Shown: positions 1 to 12,201 of the stretch, one piece after another
How positions within the stretch are numbered: the first letter of the stretch is position 1
How the letters are laid out: the number at the start of each line of letters is the position of its first letter
Assembly: GCA_965240325.2 (NCBI GenBank)
Contig: OZ251223.1
Location: forward strand, 4,340,001-4,404,000
Direction of reading: 5' to 3'
From: Rebecca billardiae RCC1528
Taxonomy: Eukaryota; Protista; Haptophyta
DNA: 64,000 nt
Notes under the pieces: generated by a model
The model's database searches: none
What the model was told of the DNA's origin: nothing
What the model saw: only the letters and a program-made list of their open reading frames with translations
Program-made: the position numbers and the translations under genes

Positions 1-364
1 AGGTGGGACCGCTCCGGGCGAGTTGAAAAGCTCGCGAAAGCTGTTGCGTTTGCGAACGTCAGTCGTCACCGTGGTCGTCAGGCGGTGGTTTCATCCGACA
101 ACGATACGACATTTCACATTTCCTCGAACCGCTGGAGATCGATTTCCAGGCCGGAAAAAGGGAAAAGCCGAAAATGCGAAAACAAAAAGATCGCTCGTCG
201 GAAAAACCTTAAAACCCTGCGAGCAGGCGCCCGCCCAGCCGCCCACCGGCGAGGCGGCGGAGCCTTCGTGATATCCGCTTGCCGCGGGCGCGCGCTTGAA
301 GCGCAGGGGCCGCGCGGCGCGGCGCGAGGCGGATCCGGCGCGGTCGTTGCGGGCGCCGCGCGCG

Positions 365-1900
365 ATGAAGTTTGGCAAGTATCTGAAGGAGCATGTGCAC
401 GAGCCGTGGAAGGAGCACTACATCGACTACGGCATGCTCAAGAAGTCCGTCTCCTCCACGGCGCGCGTGCAGGACGCAGACCCGATGCTGCTGCCGGCGC
501 AGAGCAAGCACGCCTCGATCGACCGCGAGATCGCCGAGTTCTTCCGCGTGCTCGACGCGGAGATCGACAGGGTGGGTGCCTTCTACGCGCAGAAGGCCGC
601 CGAGCTGCGCGTCGAGCTCTCGCAGCTCAACGCCGAGCAGCAGGCGTCGGGCGCGTCGGACGCGATGGTCGAGGCGCTGCGCGACGTCGGGCGCAACGTC
701 GTGCTGCTCGTGCAGTTCCTCGAGCTGAACCTGACGGGGCTGCGCAAGATCCTGAAGAAGCACGAGAAGCGCGTGAAGGAGCACCCCATCGCCGAGCGCT
801 ACCTCAAGTCCCGGCGCGACAAGGAGTCTGCGCTGCAGCGGCTGCACAACCACACCGAGCTCGACGAGATCTACGACGGCGTGCGCCAGGCGATCAACGT
901 GGCGCACACCGACCTGGAGGTGCAGGCGCTGCTGGTGCAGCAGGAGGGCGCCGACGGCGGCGCCGGCTCGCCGCTCGGCTCGCGCTCGAGCCTCGGCTCC
1001 GCGGAGCACGGCGCGCACACGCCGAGGCGCGGCGCGGGCGCGGCCGCGGCCGACGGCACGCCGCCGCCGCGCTCCGCCGCCGCCGCCGCGGGCAGCACGC
1101 CGCGGACGGGCGGGAGCAGCGCGTCGCGCCCGCCGCGCGCGTCGATCTACGTGCACGAGCCCATCATCCGCGAGATGCGCGACCGCCTCCGCGAGCTCGA
1201 CCACGCCTCGCGCTTCGTGTCGACGTTTGTGCTCTCGCTGGCGGAGGAGTCGGGCATCACCTCGGAGGAGGGGCAGGGGATGGAGAAGTCCGGGAGCAAG
1301 CCCTCGCTGTACTTCAACCTGCTCAGCACGTTCCTCTTCATGGTGAACTACTACGTGATCCTGCCCACCAGCGGCGCGTACTGCGCCACGCTCGGCGCCA
1401 CGCCCTCCTTCTCGGGCGTGGTCGTGGGCATCCTGCCGCTCGCCGCGTGCGTGGCCGCCGTGGGCTACTCGTACGCTACTCAGTACTCGTACAGGCTGCC
1501 GCTGCTGCTCTCGGGCGCGCTGTGCGCGGCGGGCAACGTGGCGTACGCGCTCGCGCTGCCGCTCGGCTCGCTGCCGATGGTGCTCGCCGGGCGCATCCTC
1601 GTCGGCATGGGCGGCGCGCGCGTCGTCAACCGCAGGTACATCGCCGACCACGTCGACCTCAACTACCGGACGGAGGCGTCGGCCGCGTTTGTCGCCTTCA
1701 CCGCGCTCGGCATGGCGGTCGGGCCGGGCGTCGCGTCGGTCGCGAGCGCCGTGCCGAGCTTCGAGTGGATGGGGCTGCCGTTCAACACGATGACCACGCC
1801 GGGCTACCTGATGGCGCTCGTCTGGCTGCCCTTCACCTCGGCGGTCGCGCTCTTCTTCGTGGAGCCGCCGAGGCACGTCGACCGCGCGCCGCCCGAACGC

Positions 1901-1952
<52 letters not shown>

Positions 1953-3008
1953 TGTCGGCGCTCAAAGCCGTGGCCACGCCGGACGGCGGCGTCGGCGGCG
2001 GCGGCATCACCGCGCCGCTGCTCGACGCGGAGGAGAGGGGGCAGGCGCTCTCGCCGCTCGCCCGGCTGCCGCACGCGCGCTCGAGCTTTGGCAAGTCGTG
2101 GTCGCGGTTTGGCGAGCCGGGCGCGGAGCCGCTGCTTACGATCGAGCAGCCGCAGGGCGTCACGTCCCGCCGCCAGCTGCTCACGGTGTTCGTGCTGCTC
2201 TGGCTGTACCTGCTGGACAAGCTGATGGCGGAGGCGTGGCTCACGTCGGTGCCGATCACCACGCACTCGCTCTTCGGCTGGAGCGAGCGCACGGTCGGCT
2301 TCTTCCTCTTCTTTGTGTGCGCGGCCGTGCTGCCCGCCTCGCACGTGTGCAGGCTGGCGTTTGCGCGCGTGCCCGCGTACGCGCGGGAGCGCACGATCAT
2401 CAGGTGTGCGCCGCGCCGCGCGAGGCGGCGCGCCGCGCCGCGCCGCGCGGGCCGAGCCGGCGCCCCGCCCCGCCCCGCGCCCGCCCGCCCCCTCCCCCGC
2501 AGCGCGATGCTGTGGCTCGTGCTGGGCGGCGGGCTGCTGCTGCTGTGCTACGCGCCGCCCTTCAGCTCCACGCCCACCGCCGTGTACGTGTGCGGGGCGA
2601 CGGTCTTCTTCCTCTCGAACAACCTGCTCGAGGCGGCGACGATGTCGCTGCTCTCGAAGAAGATGCCCAAGACGTGGGCAGCAGGTGCGCGCGCAGCCGC
2701 CGCGCGGCGCGCTTCTTCCCGGGGCGCGAGCGCTCAGCCGAGCCGCCGACGCGGTCGGCCGCCCTCCGCCCGCGCGTCCGCGTCCGCGCGCCCGCGTGTG
2801 CGCGCGCGCGGCAGGTGTGCTCAACTCGGGCTTCCTCACCACGCTCACGGGCCTGGGCGGCCGCGTCTTCGGCAACCTGCTCGTCTCGCTGATGGGCGAC
2901 CTGGTGGGCGGCATCCACATGGACGACGTGCTGATGATCCCGCTGTTCGCCACGTGGCTGTGCACGATGGCGCTCGTCTACTGGTTCTTCAAGGCCTTCT
3001 CCACCTGA
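365..3008 (+). CDS. SPX-MFS protein (vacuolar phosphate transporter PHT5/VPT-like); introns 2404-2502 and 2685-2814
   Basis: N-terminal MKFGKYLKE...YIDYGMLKK and LNLTGLRKILKKHEK are SPX signatures, followed by many MFS TM helices. Removing two GT..AG introns joins the frame to GVLNSGFLTT...FKAFST*. Confidence 0.92.
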
Positions 3009-3533
3009 CGGGGGGGGCTCGCCCAGGGGCGCTGGGGAGTGGGGGCAAGCCGTGCGGCCCGAAGTGGCCCGTACGCCGCCGAGCCATGACGAGGGCATTC
3101 CGCACCCGTACACGATGAGACGGGTCATCACGGCGCGGGACTGCCGACGGCCGAGCCCGAATCGTAGCCCGACTGTCGCCGACCCGCGGACGGTCCCCGG
3201 GGCGGACGGCTGGCCGTCCGACTCTGCAGTCTGCCAACTGCTTGTCGTCATCACGCATCATCTGCCGCCCGCACTTTAGCCACTAGCTACAATATGGGCG
3301 TCGTATATCGCTGACTTATATATATATCATATTGCCGGTGATGCCGCCCGCGCTCGGCGCTACCTATAGCTCATCCGAGTCCGACGATGCCGATGGCGAT
3401 GACGGCGGACTGCCGGACTGCGCTGCCGTGCTACTGAGTATTCTGCTGATGTAGCCTGTATAATAACGCGCGCGAAGAGTATCATGACGCCGCAGTCGTG
3501 ACCGACCTCGACGTGGCGGCCTGCCCCCCAGTA

Positions 3534-4235
3534 TCAAGGTTGCGTCGGCGCAGGTCGGCCGCGGTCGTCGGGCGGCGGCGTGCGCTCAGCCATCCCGACG
3601 AGTGCGCGCTGTGCAGCGTCGCCAGTCTCGCCGCTCCACGAGTGGCGCAGCTGCTGCTCGCGCTCGCCCCACGTCTGCCCGACCACGCAGATGAGGACGA
3701 CGCGTGCGATCAGGTACGCGACGGCCACGCGCCACAGCCACGTGAATCGGCGAAGCGTCGCGCTCTTGTCCTCGGGAGTCTCGTCCTCGGTGTACTCGTC
3801 GTCCCGCGCCCATCGACGCCCCGCCGTGTCGGCGCGCCGTCTGACGTGCTCGCGCCAACGCTCGGACGCGCTGGCGCTGCGCCCGCCTGCCCCGGGCGAG
3901 GCGGCGGCGCTGTCCAGCTTCGACGCGCGCACGAGCTCAAGCGCGGCCGACAGGCGCTTGAACCGCTCGGCGCACCCGCCGGCGCGGTCCGGGTGCCAGC
4001 GCACCGCCTGGACGTGGTACGCGCGCTTGACCTCCTCCTCGCTCTCACCGCCGCGCAGGTTGAGCAGGCCGTACGCCTCCCAGAGCTCGGCGGAGGAGGG
4101 GCGCGAGCTGGACGGGCGGGTGGGGGCACGCCATGCCGGGCGGAGCGGCTGGAGTACGCCCGACGCGCCGCGCTCCACGGCGGAGCGCAGCGCGCCCAAG
4201 CGCGCGAGCCGAGCGGCCGGTCCCGAGAGCAGCAT
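3534..4235 (-). CDS. DnaJ (J-domain) protein with C-terminal TM helix, probably organelle-targeted
   Basis: AYGLLNL...EEEVKRAYHVQAVRWHPDR...FKRLSAALELV carries the HPD motif; Arg/Ala-rich presequence; hydrophobic LWRVAVAYLIARVVLICVV. Confidence 0.85.
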   Translation of the reverse strand: MLLSGPAARLARLGALRSAVERGASGVLQPLRPAWRAPTRPSSSRPSSAELWEAYGLLNLRGGESEEEVKRAYHVQAVRWHPDRAGGCAERFKRLSAALELVRASKLDSAAASPGAGGRSASASERWREHVRRRADTAGRRWARDDEYTEDETPEDKSATLRRFTWLWRVAVAYLIARVVLICVVGQTWGEREQQLRHSWSGETGDAAQRALVGMAERTPPPDDRGRPAPTQP

Positions 4236-4385
4236 GGCGCGCACGGCGGAGCTTTCCTGAGGGCGACCAACCGGCACTCGGCAAATGGCGACGCTCCCTG
4301 CCGCTCCGGCTGGGCACTGCAGCTTCCAGCTGGCGGGGCTGAGGCGGGCGCCCAACGCTACCCAACCAAGCCCGGCGCGGTTGGG

Positions 4386-6413
4386 ATGCGCGCCCACCTG
4401 CTCGCCGTCGTGGCGGCGTGCTGCGCGGTGCCCGGGGCCCGTTGCGCGGGCCGCGCGCGCCGGCGGTTGACGTCGGACTACGTGCGCCCCGCCTCCTCCG
4501 ACTTCCTGCCCGCGCGGCAGATCGTGCCCAACCGCAAGTGCGCCGCGCCGCCGTGCTCGAGCCAGGTGCACGTCGCGCTGGCCGGCCCGTTCGAGGCGGT
4601 CGTGAGCTTCGCGTCGGCGACGGAGGCGACGCCGTCCGTCGTGTCGTACGGTCGCTCGGCCGACGCGCTGCGCGCCGCGCCCGCGGGCGAGCGCCTGTCG
4701 TACACGCAGCTGATGTCGTTTGACTGGTACACGCTCCACCCGGCGGTCGGCCTGCCCGCCGCGACGGAGCAGCAGCTGCTGGACATCGAGAACACGTCGT
4801 GGTGGGCGCAGGGCACGCAGGTGTACAACAACCCGACGCACGTCGAGTGGGGCCTGCGCTCCGCGTACAACCCGGCGGCGTTCTACGCCTCGCCCGTGCT
4901 CCACCACGTGCGGCTGAGCGGGCTGGCGCCGGGCGAGCGGGTGCACTACCGCGTGCCCAACGACGAGCGGCGGCACGCGTTCCGCATGCCGCCGGCGTCG
5001 GGCGCGTCGGTGCTCGAGCGCGTGCGGATCGGCCTCGTCGCCGACCTCGGCCAGACCCCCGCGTCCAACGCCTCGATCCACGCGCTGCTCGGCGCCGCGC
5101 CCGACGCGGTGCTCCTGGCGGGCGACCTCGCGTACGCAGACGGCTACCTCCCGCGCTGGGACTCGTTCGCCGAGCTGGTGGAGCCGCTGGCGTCGCGCGT
5201 GCCCGTGCTGACGACGGTGGGGAACCACGAGGTGCACGCCTCGGAGGGCTGCGTCTCGTACAACGCGCGCTGGCGCAACCCCTCCGCCGCGAGCGGCTCG
5301 TCGGACAACACGTACTGGGGTGCTGAGATCGGCCCCGTGCACGTGTTAGCGCTCAACTCGTACGCGCCCACGCAGCCGGGCAGTAGGCAGCACGCGTGGC
5401 TGCAGGGGGCGCTGGCGCGCGTGGACCGCGCGCGCACGCCGTGGCTGGTGGTGATGATGCACGCGCCCTTCTACTGCTCCAACGTCGGGCACGTCGGCGA
5501 GACCCGGCTGATGCGCGCGCACACCGAGGCCCTGCTGCGCCGCGCGGGCGTCGACCTGGTCCTCAACGGCCACGTGCACGCGTACGAGCGCACGCACCCC
5601 ACGTACGCCGGGCGGGCGGACGAGTGCGGGCCGGTGTACCTGACCCTCGGCGACGGCGGCAACCGCGAGGGCATGTACATCCCGTGGGCCGAGCCGCAGC
5701 CGGAGTGGTCCGCGTACCGCGAGTCCTCCTTCGGCGTGGGCATGCTGGACGTGCTCAACCGCACGCACGCGCGCTACGAGTGGCGGCGGCACTCGTGCCA
5801 GGGCTCGCGCGACCCGACCAACCTCAACTTCAACCGGAGCTGCGAGAGCATCAACCGGGACGGGGTGGTGGACAACGGCGGGCTGCTCGGCAGCGACGCG
5901 GTGTACCTGACCAAGCCGGCGCGCTGCGCCAACAAGCTCGCCTCCGGCGCCGCGCCCGCGCCCGCGCCCGAGCTCGGCGCCCTCGCCGAGCCCCTCGCCG
6001 AGCAGGGGGAGCAGGGCGGCGGACGGCAGGCGGGCGCGCTGAGCGGCGACGGCCGCGCGCGCGGGGGCGTGCGCGAGTCGGACGGCGCGCGCGCTGGCGA
6101 CGGCGTCGGGCGCAGTGTCGGCGGGCTGGCGTCGAGCGCCTCGGCGCTCGCCGCCGCCTTCGCGCTCTCTGCGCTGTGCAACATCGCCCTCGCACTCACG
6201 CTCGTGCGCGACCGCCGCCGATGGCTGCGCAGCCTGCTCGCGCGCGATGCGCCGCACCAGCGCAAGGCGCCGTACGCGACCATGCTCGACCAGCCGCAGC
6301 CCCCGCCGTCCGAAGCGGCGCCCGGTCCGCCCGGCGGGCCCAGCGTGGAGATGCAGCCCGAGGCCGCCACCGGCGACGCCCGTGACCATGACGGATCGGC
6401 GGCCAGCGGCTGA
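4386..6413 (+). CDS. Purple acid phosphatase with signal peptide and C-terminal membrane anchor
   Basis: All five PAP metal-ligand motifs (DLG, GDLAY, GNHE, VMMH, GHVHAYER); FN3-like N-domain; signal MRAHLLAVVAACC; TM ALAAAFALSALCNIALALTLV. Confidence 0.93.
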   Translation: MRAHLLAVVAACCAVPGARCAGRARRRLTSDYVRPASSDFLPARQIVPNRKCAAPPCSSQVHVALAGPFEAVVSFASATEATPSVVSYGRSADALRAAPAGERLSYTQLMSFDWYTLHPAVGLPAATEQQLLDIENTSWWAQGTQVYNNPTHVEWGLRSAYNPAAFYASPVLHHVRLSGLAPGERVHYRVPNDERRHAFRMPPASGASVLERVRIGLVADLGQTPASNASIHALLGAAPDAVLLAGDLAYADGYLPRWDSFAELVEPLASRVPVLTTVGNHEVHASEGCVSYNARWRNPSAASGSSDNTYWGAEIGPVHVLALNSYAPTQPGSRQHAWLQGALARVDRARTPWLVVMMHAPFYCSNVGHVGETRLMRAHTEALLRRAGVDLVLNGHVHAYERTHPTYAGRADECGPVYLTLGDGGNREGMYIPWAEPQPEWSAYRESSFGVGMLDVLNRTHARYEWRRHSCQGSRDPTNLNFNRSCESINRDGVVDNGGLLGSDAVYLTKPARCANKLASGAAPAPAPELGALAEPLAEQGEQGGGRQAGALSGDGRARGGVRESDGARAGDGVGRSVGGLASSASALAAAFALSALCNIALALTLVRDRRRWLRSLLARDAPHQRKAPYATMLDQPQPPPSEAAPGPPGGPSVEMQPEAATGDARDHDGSAASG

Positions 6414-6793
6414 TACCGTGCGCCTACTCATCACGCGGACACGCTGTAGGATGCCGGATGTATATATATAATGAGGAATGACGATGATATATGCCGTGCA
6501 ACCCGCTCAGCCTCCGGCGGCGCCGACCGCCCGCGCCGCATCATCTTGCTGGCTGCACGACGATACGGGATGATGACTCATCCGCCGACTCATATTCAAA
6601 TAATAAATAATTCATGAGGCAGAGCCGACTCGCCGGACGGTGAGTCGGATGAGTGATGATGACGATTCTGACGAGGACTACGATATCGACTGTTCATCAG
6701 GCTGACTACGTACGAAGCAGTCGAAGCATCATGCTGAGCCTGCTGATGCGATATGACGATGCGGATGATGATTGATGACGACGATATATATAT

Positions 6794-8163
6794 GGGTCAA
6801 TTTTTTAGGCTTCGGCGCACGGGAGGGCTGGTAGCGCCGATGGGCGCCTGTCCGCCCCAGTGGCGCTCCACTGTGTCAAACGCGAGCTCCTGCGCTGCCC
6901 TACGCGGGTGCCGTTGGTCGCGCGCTGGTCGAGCGACCTTGGGCACATGACTGCTCCTCGTGGCGCGCGTCTTGACCGTCGACTGAGCGCGCACTCCTGC
7001 CCACGAGCACGCCGCACCGACCTCGTCGAACCATTCGAACCAGTGGGCCGCGCAAACATGCGCGTGGGTAGGCATGAGTGAGGTGAGCGCGCTCAAACGC
7101 TCGCTTGCCTGGAGGGGAGCTCCGTATCGATGAGTCTCGCACGCGTTTGCCTCGCGTCGAGCCCATCTGGGAGCAGTCACTGCACGCGCAGACACGCGTT
7201 GCGAAAGGATGATCAGCCGGCCACGCGTGCAGAGCAAAGCAGATGACTGCCCGTGCGTCAAGCCGCATCAGACTGGTATCCGCCGCTGCGCAGCATGCGA
7301 GCCGTACCCAGGCGCGACTGCAGAGCCAGCAGACGCCGCGCCCAACGCCTTCAAACAGCGCACGCACCGCCTGTTGTCATCCTCGTGGATTGCTCGGAGC
7401 CGACGATCGCAGCACGCGGATAGCAAACAAGCTCTGGCCGACGTTTGAAGCCCGTAACGATGCCGAGCTGCGCTGTGCGTGTGCAGTATGGGTCGATCGC
7501 GTGCGCGCCACAGCCACGGCACGCACCCCAACTTCACTGTGGGCCCATGATGCGTGCGTACCAACCAGCAGTCAAAAACACACCGCCGAGCACCGTCGAC
7601 ACGTTAACCGTGCACACACTCGAGGCGAGTGCGAGCACAGCTGGGTGCAGGTGGCTGGCCGTGACAGCTGGGGAGAGCGCTGCGTCATGCTAGCCGCCGC
7701 TCGCCTCGATGCCCTTGCAGAGGAGCAGCAGCTTCCATTTTTCAAGCTCACCTGCGCGGAGAGCGCGTGATGCGTGTAGCGCGCGCTGGTGGGGCGTCAT
7801 ACGGTTGGGTCTTCCAGTTCCTGTCACAACATCATCTGAACCATCTCAAACTGCCAAACCCAACCGTATGACGCTTTTTCTCGTCCCGCAACGTGGCGCG
7901 CGAGCATGCGCAAGAATGCAACATCCAAATGCAATCGCTGCGTGTGCGCGAGGCAGACGCGGAGAGGGGCGTGGCGGCGCGCGAGATGGCGCACCTGGGT
8001 GTCCTCGTCACCGCCGACCAGCGCGAGGGGCCGCGCGCCCTTCGCCCGCGTCGCACGACCGCGGCAGCGCGAGCCCCCGCGAACGCAACTTTCGCGCGCT
8101 TTCACGATGGCCGCTCTTTGACGAGATCGGCGCTCCGTGCGCCGAAGCCAAAAAAATCGACCC
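6794..8163. mobile_element. Non-autonomous TIR element, ~1.37 kb, GGG...CCC ends
   Basis: 6794-6822 gggtcaattttttaggcttcggcgcacgg matches the reverse complement of 8135-8163 at 27/29; no coherent ORF; no TSD found. Confidence 0.6.
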
Positions 8164-8467
8164 GCCGGCGGGCCGGGCTGCGACATCGACTACCACCTCA
8201 TCTGCTTCATCGCCCAGAGCGCGCTAGGCGGCGCGCTCACTCTCCAAGCCCCTCTTCTGCAGCTGCGCGCCGCTTGGCCGGCGCGCGGCGACGCGCACTA
8301 CGACCTCATCCTCATCCAGGCGCCCACGCGGGCGCACGGGGGCGACAGCCGCGGCTGCCGCTTGCCGGAGCTGCTCGCCGCTAGGTCGGCGGGCGGCGAC
8401 ATCGACTACGACCTCACCCTCATCCAAGTGCTCCGGAAGGCGCTCGGCCGCGGCGGCATCTGCCGTC

Positions 8468-8636
8468 GCCGCCGCGTGCCCCAGGCCGAGGCGGTGCTCC
8501 ATCCCGGCCCCGCTCCCGTAGGGGGGCAGGGCTGCGGGTGGCGCACTGTCTGACCTGGTCGGAAGGCGCGGACGCATTCTATGTGTCTGTTGCACTCTTG
8601 AGCCTGACGCTTGTCCGATGCTGCCACGTCGTTAAA
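8468..8636 (+). repeat. Dispersed repeat family C, 3' end abutting (TA)n (8636-8668)
   Basis: Near-identical to 62155-62322; both end ...gccacgtcgttaa followed by (TA)n. Confidence 0.85.
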
Positions 8637-9034
8637 TATATATATATATATGTAATATATATATATATGATGTCGTCTGATGATGATGATTGATGATGAT
8701 CGGCCCGATGATGCACCGTGATGCACGGGGGGATTGATGGGGCGATGGGCTGCGCCATCGCGGCGGAGCCCGCGGCGGATCGCGCGCTCGGGGAAGCCGC
8801 GATCGGACTAGACTGCACTGCGCTGCACCGCCTATACTGCTGCTGTCTGCTTGCGTGACGGTTGGCAGCGCGGCATCCGTCCAGGCGGGGCCCGTTGTTG
8901 CATGGAATGCATGGTCCGCCGTGCCTGCCAGCAGTGTGAGCGTCGCAGCGCCCCAGCACCACCAAGGCGCGGACTGGGCGATCCGTCGTCCAAGCCCCGG
9001 CCATCCTGGCGGGTCCGTGCCCGTGTGCGTGCAC

Positions 9035-9682
9035 CTAGTCGTCCTCCTTGTACGCGATGTCCGCCTCGTTGAGCTGCGCCTGCTTGAAGAGGCCGAGCGA
9101 GATCGAGCAGCTGAGCACCACGCCCAGAGCGGGCGTGAACAGGGGCGTGATGAAGTCGAGCACGGCCTGGATGCCCTCCGACAGCTCCATCTTCATCACG
9201 ATCGCGTACGAGTCGAAGACCACCGCGAAGCCGATGAAGATGAACGACGTGAGCGCGAGCCCTGCGACGACGAACAGCACCTGCTCGATCGAGTTCTGCG
9301 TCTCCATCGGCACGCCCGCGAGCAGGCTGAACTGCGGCTCTGGCGGCGGCGCCGCCTCCGGATTGGGGAGCGGCACGTCGGCGGGACGATCTGATTTGAT
9401 GCCTACGCGTGCGAGCACGGAATCTGCGTCGGGCTGCTTCCGCTTGGGCTCCGACGCGGGCGGAGCGGCCGCGCTCGGCTCGTCGACGGCAGGTTGTTCC
9501 GACCGCTGCTTGGGCTTTGGGCGGTCCCCAAAGCCTTTGCTCTCGTCGGCCGCGAGCATGCGCATGCTCGACCTGCCCACGCGGACGGCGCGGGGCAGCG
9601 CCAGCCGTGTCACTGTGGCCGCATCCGCCAGGCAGCCGGCGACCGCGGCAACGACGAGCACGACGAGCTTCGCCGGCATCAT
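9035..9682 (-). CDS. Probable plastid-targeted two-TM membrane protein of unknown function
   Basis: Signal peptide plus Arg/Ser-rich transit-like stretch ending RMLAADESKGFG; two hydrophobic helices; strong GC3 bias. Confidence 0.75.
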   Translation of the reverse strand: MMPAKLVVLVVAAVAGCLADAATVTRLALPRAVRVGRSSMRMLAADESKGFGDRPKPKQRSEQPAVDEPSAAAPPASEPKRKQPDADSVLARVGIKSDRPADVPLPNPEAAPPPEPQFSLLAGVPMETQNSIEQVLFVVAGLALTSFIFIGFAVVFDSYAIVMKMELSEGIQAVLDFITPLFTPALGVVLSCSISLGLFKQAQLNEADIAYKEDD

Positions 9683-9750
9683 TGATGAAGTCTCGAGAGG
9701 ACTGACACAGTGCCTTGGCGTGCCCGGCGTGGCGACTTCGCGTTTCCACG

Positions 9751-10743
9751 ATGGCGGCGGCCGCGGATGACGAGTCGGCCTGGAAGCTGGTCGAGTCGGA
9801 GGATGCTGAGATCGTCGAGGTTGAGGATGCCACGGACAGTGCCGAGCTGGACGATGCGCTCGGCAAGGTGGCCGCATCCGTAACCTCGCCGCTGCGCCTC
9901 GTGGCGGACGGCTGCGCGCTGGGCCCAGCATTCGCCGTGAGCGAGCAGATCGGCACTCGAGTCGCCTCCCTCTCCCTCGGCTCCGCCGGCCTCGAGTCTT
10001 TTGCAGCCGAGCGACCGACGGCCCTCCTCGACCTGAACCTCTCGGCGAATTCGCTCGCCGTCGTGCCGCCCGCGCTCGGCGCCAGCTGCCCTCGGCTCCG
10101 CCGGCTCGACCTCTCCTTCTGCGCCGGCATTGACGTGCACCGGCCGGGCGCGTGGGACGGCCTGGGGCAGCTGGTGGTGCTGTCCCTCGAGGGCTGTGCG
10201 CTCGCTACGATCGCGCCCGACGAGGCGCATCTCGCGCCGCTCACCGCGCTGCGCGACCTGAGCGTCGCCGACAACGACCTCGACGACGTCGAGACGCTCG
10301 CCCCCATCCGCCAGCTGCCCGCGCTGCGCTCGCTCGACGCCTCGGAGAACCCGATGGTGGACGACCCCGGCACCTTCCGCAAGGCGGCGCTCGCGTACGG
10401 GCCGCAGCTCAAGCGCATCAACAACGACAACGTGGGCCGGCCGGGCGCCAGCGCGCAGGCCTGGGACCAGCTCGAGACCGCCGCCGAGAGGCAGGCTCGC
10501 GCCCAACGGCTGCAGGAGGACATCAGCGCCGACGGCCGCTCGCGCGAGGGGTGCAGCTGCATGTGGGGCAACGCGTGCGTCGAGGAGTACACGTGCCTGG
10601 TGTGGAGCAAGCGCGAGCTCGTCGCGGCGGCCGTGCGCGATGGGAAGCTCGACTCACGCAAGCTGCTCAACGCGGCCGCCACGCCTGCTGCGCTCAAGCA
10701 GGAGCTTCGCGCTGCTGGGATTGCGGCGAGCAGCGGCGATTGA
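9751..10743 (+). CDS. Leucine-rich repeat protein with C-terminal Cys motif
   Basis: LxxLxLSxN repeats (LLDLNLSANSL, LRDLSVADNDL, LRSLDASENP); REGCSCMWGNACVEEYTCLVW. Confidence 0.85.
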   Translation: MAAAADDESAWKLVESEDAEIVEVEDATDSAELDDALGKVAASVTSPLRLVADGCALGPAFAVSEQIGTRVASLSLGSAGLESFAAERPTALLDLNLSANSLAVVPPALGASCPRLRRLDLSFCAGIDVHRPGAWDGLGQLVVLSLEGCALATIAPDEAHLAPLTALRDLSVADNDLDDVETLAPIRQLPALRSLDASENPMVDDPGTFRKAALAYGPQLKRINNDNVGRPGASAQAWDQLETAAERQARAQRLQEDISADGRSREGCSCMWGNACVEEYTCLVWSKRELVAAAVRDGKLDSRKLLNAAATPAALKQELRAAGIAASSGD

Positions 10744-11166
10744 CGACCGATACTGCGTGCTGCAATTTCAGCAGCTGCGGCATCACTCCGTGAGGCCCGT
10801 CGCCGAGTGATCCGCCGATGCGATGATCGCGATGGCGCAACTACTGCGACCGAGTGTCTCATCGATATCGGACGTACAGAGCGTCTGCTGACACTGTCAG
10901 CGGCGTGACAGCAATTATTTAAAATATATTATATATAAAGTTTATAATTATATATATATATATTGGCGCGCGTGCTACGGTTATAATTTTAATGGCGCGG
11001 TCGAGTGGCTCGTGCGTATGCCAGTACTCAGTATAGCTTACAATACCAGTAAATATCTATCACTTGCGCGTCGTACGTCACTCTCTCTCTCATCTCTCTA
11101 TAGAAAGTGAGATCGAGAGAGAGAAAGTCCGAGAGAGATCATCATCAGTGTCAATCGTCATCAGTA

Positions 11167-12201
11167 TCAGTCGTCGCGCCACAGGACATGCACCTCGTCT
11201 GTGCGGAAGCGCTGCGTGCACGTGAGCTCACTCCACGGCACCGCGGAACGCGAGCGCGCGTACTCGACGAGCCCCGTCCAGCCGATCATGGCTCCGTTGT
11301 CGACGCAGTAGCGCTCGTCCATGGCGCACAGCTCGGCGTCGCGCTCGCTGCACATCTCGCGCATCATGGTCTGCAGCCGCTCGTTGCACCCCACCCCGCC
11401 GACGAGGAGGACGCTCGTGCCGCCGCAGTGCGCCAGCGCGCGCTCGGTGATCTCGACGAGCATGGCGAAGACGGTCTCTTGCAGCGAGTAGCACAGGTCG
11501 GCGACAGTCGCCTCCCCGGACTCGAGCATGCCGGGCGCCGAGGCGGAGATGTTGGTCAGGATGCCCGAGAAGGACACGTCCATCCCAGTGACGCCGTAGG
11601 GCAGCTCGAGCAGCTTGGTGCCGCGCTTCGCCTCCTGCTCGATGTTGTACCCGGGCGAGGGGTCGTTCGAGAGCCCGAGCACGCGCGCGAAGCGGTCGAG
11701 CATGTTGCCGACGGCGATGTCGATGGTCTCGCCGAAGATGTGATACCGCTGATTCAGGTACGCGATCACCTGCGTGTTCCCACCGCTGACGTACAGCACA
11801 ACCGGGTTGCGCGCGCCGGTGGCGCACCGGCCCATCTCGATGTGCGCGACGCAGTGATTCACCGGGACGAGCGGCTTGCGCCAGAGGGCGGCGAGCGTGC
11901 GCGCCGCGACGGCGGCCGCGCGCAGGGGCGCCCCCATCCCGGGCCCCTTCGTGTAGCACAGAATGTCCACGTCCGCCAGGGTGAGCTTCGCCTCCTTGAG
12001 CGCCGCCTCCGTCAGCTCGACCACGTGCTGCTGGTGGTGCACCGCCGTCTCGCGCGGGAGGAAGCCCTGGCCGGGCGGCGTGACGAACGTGCGACGCGGA
12101 TTGGCGAGGATCGCGCCGTCCTCGCGAACCACGCCGACGCCAATCTTGTTCGCACTGCCCTCGAAGCCTAGGGCGACCAGCGGCCTCGGCTGCGCGGCCA
12201 T
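11167..12201 (-). CDS. KAE1: tRNA N6-adenosine threonylcarbamoyltransferase (KEOPS Kae1/OSGEP)
   Basis: [68 protein letters not shown]. Confidence 0.98.
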   Translation of the reverse strand: MAAQPRPLVALGFEGSANKIGVGVVREDGAILANPRRTFVTPPGQGFLPRETAVHHQQHVVELTEAALKEAKLTLADVDILCYTKGPGMGAPLRAAAVAARTLAALWRKPLVPVNHCVAHIEMGRCATGARNPVVLYVSGGNTQVIAYLNQRYHIFGETIDIAVGNMLDRFARVLGLSNDPSPGYNIEQEAKRGTKLLELPYGVTGMDVSFSGILTNISASAPGMLESGEATVADLCYSLQETVFAMLVEITERALAHCGGTSVLLVGGVGCNERLQTMMREMCSERDAELCAMDERYCVDNGAMIGWTGLVEYARSRSAVPWSELTCTQRFRTDEVHVLWRDD

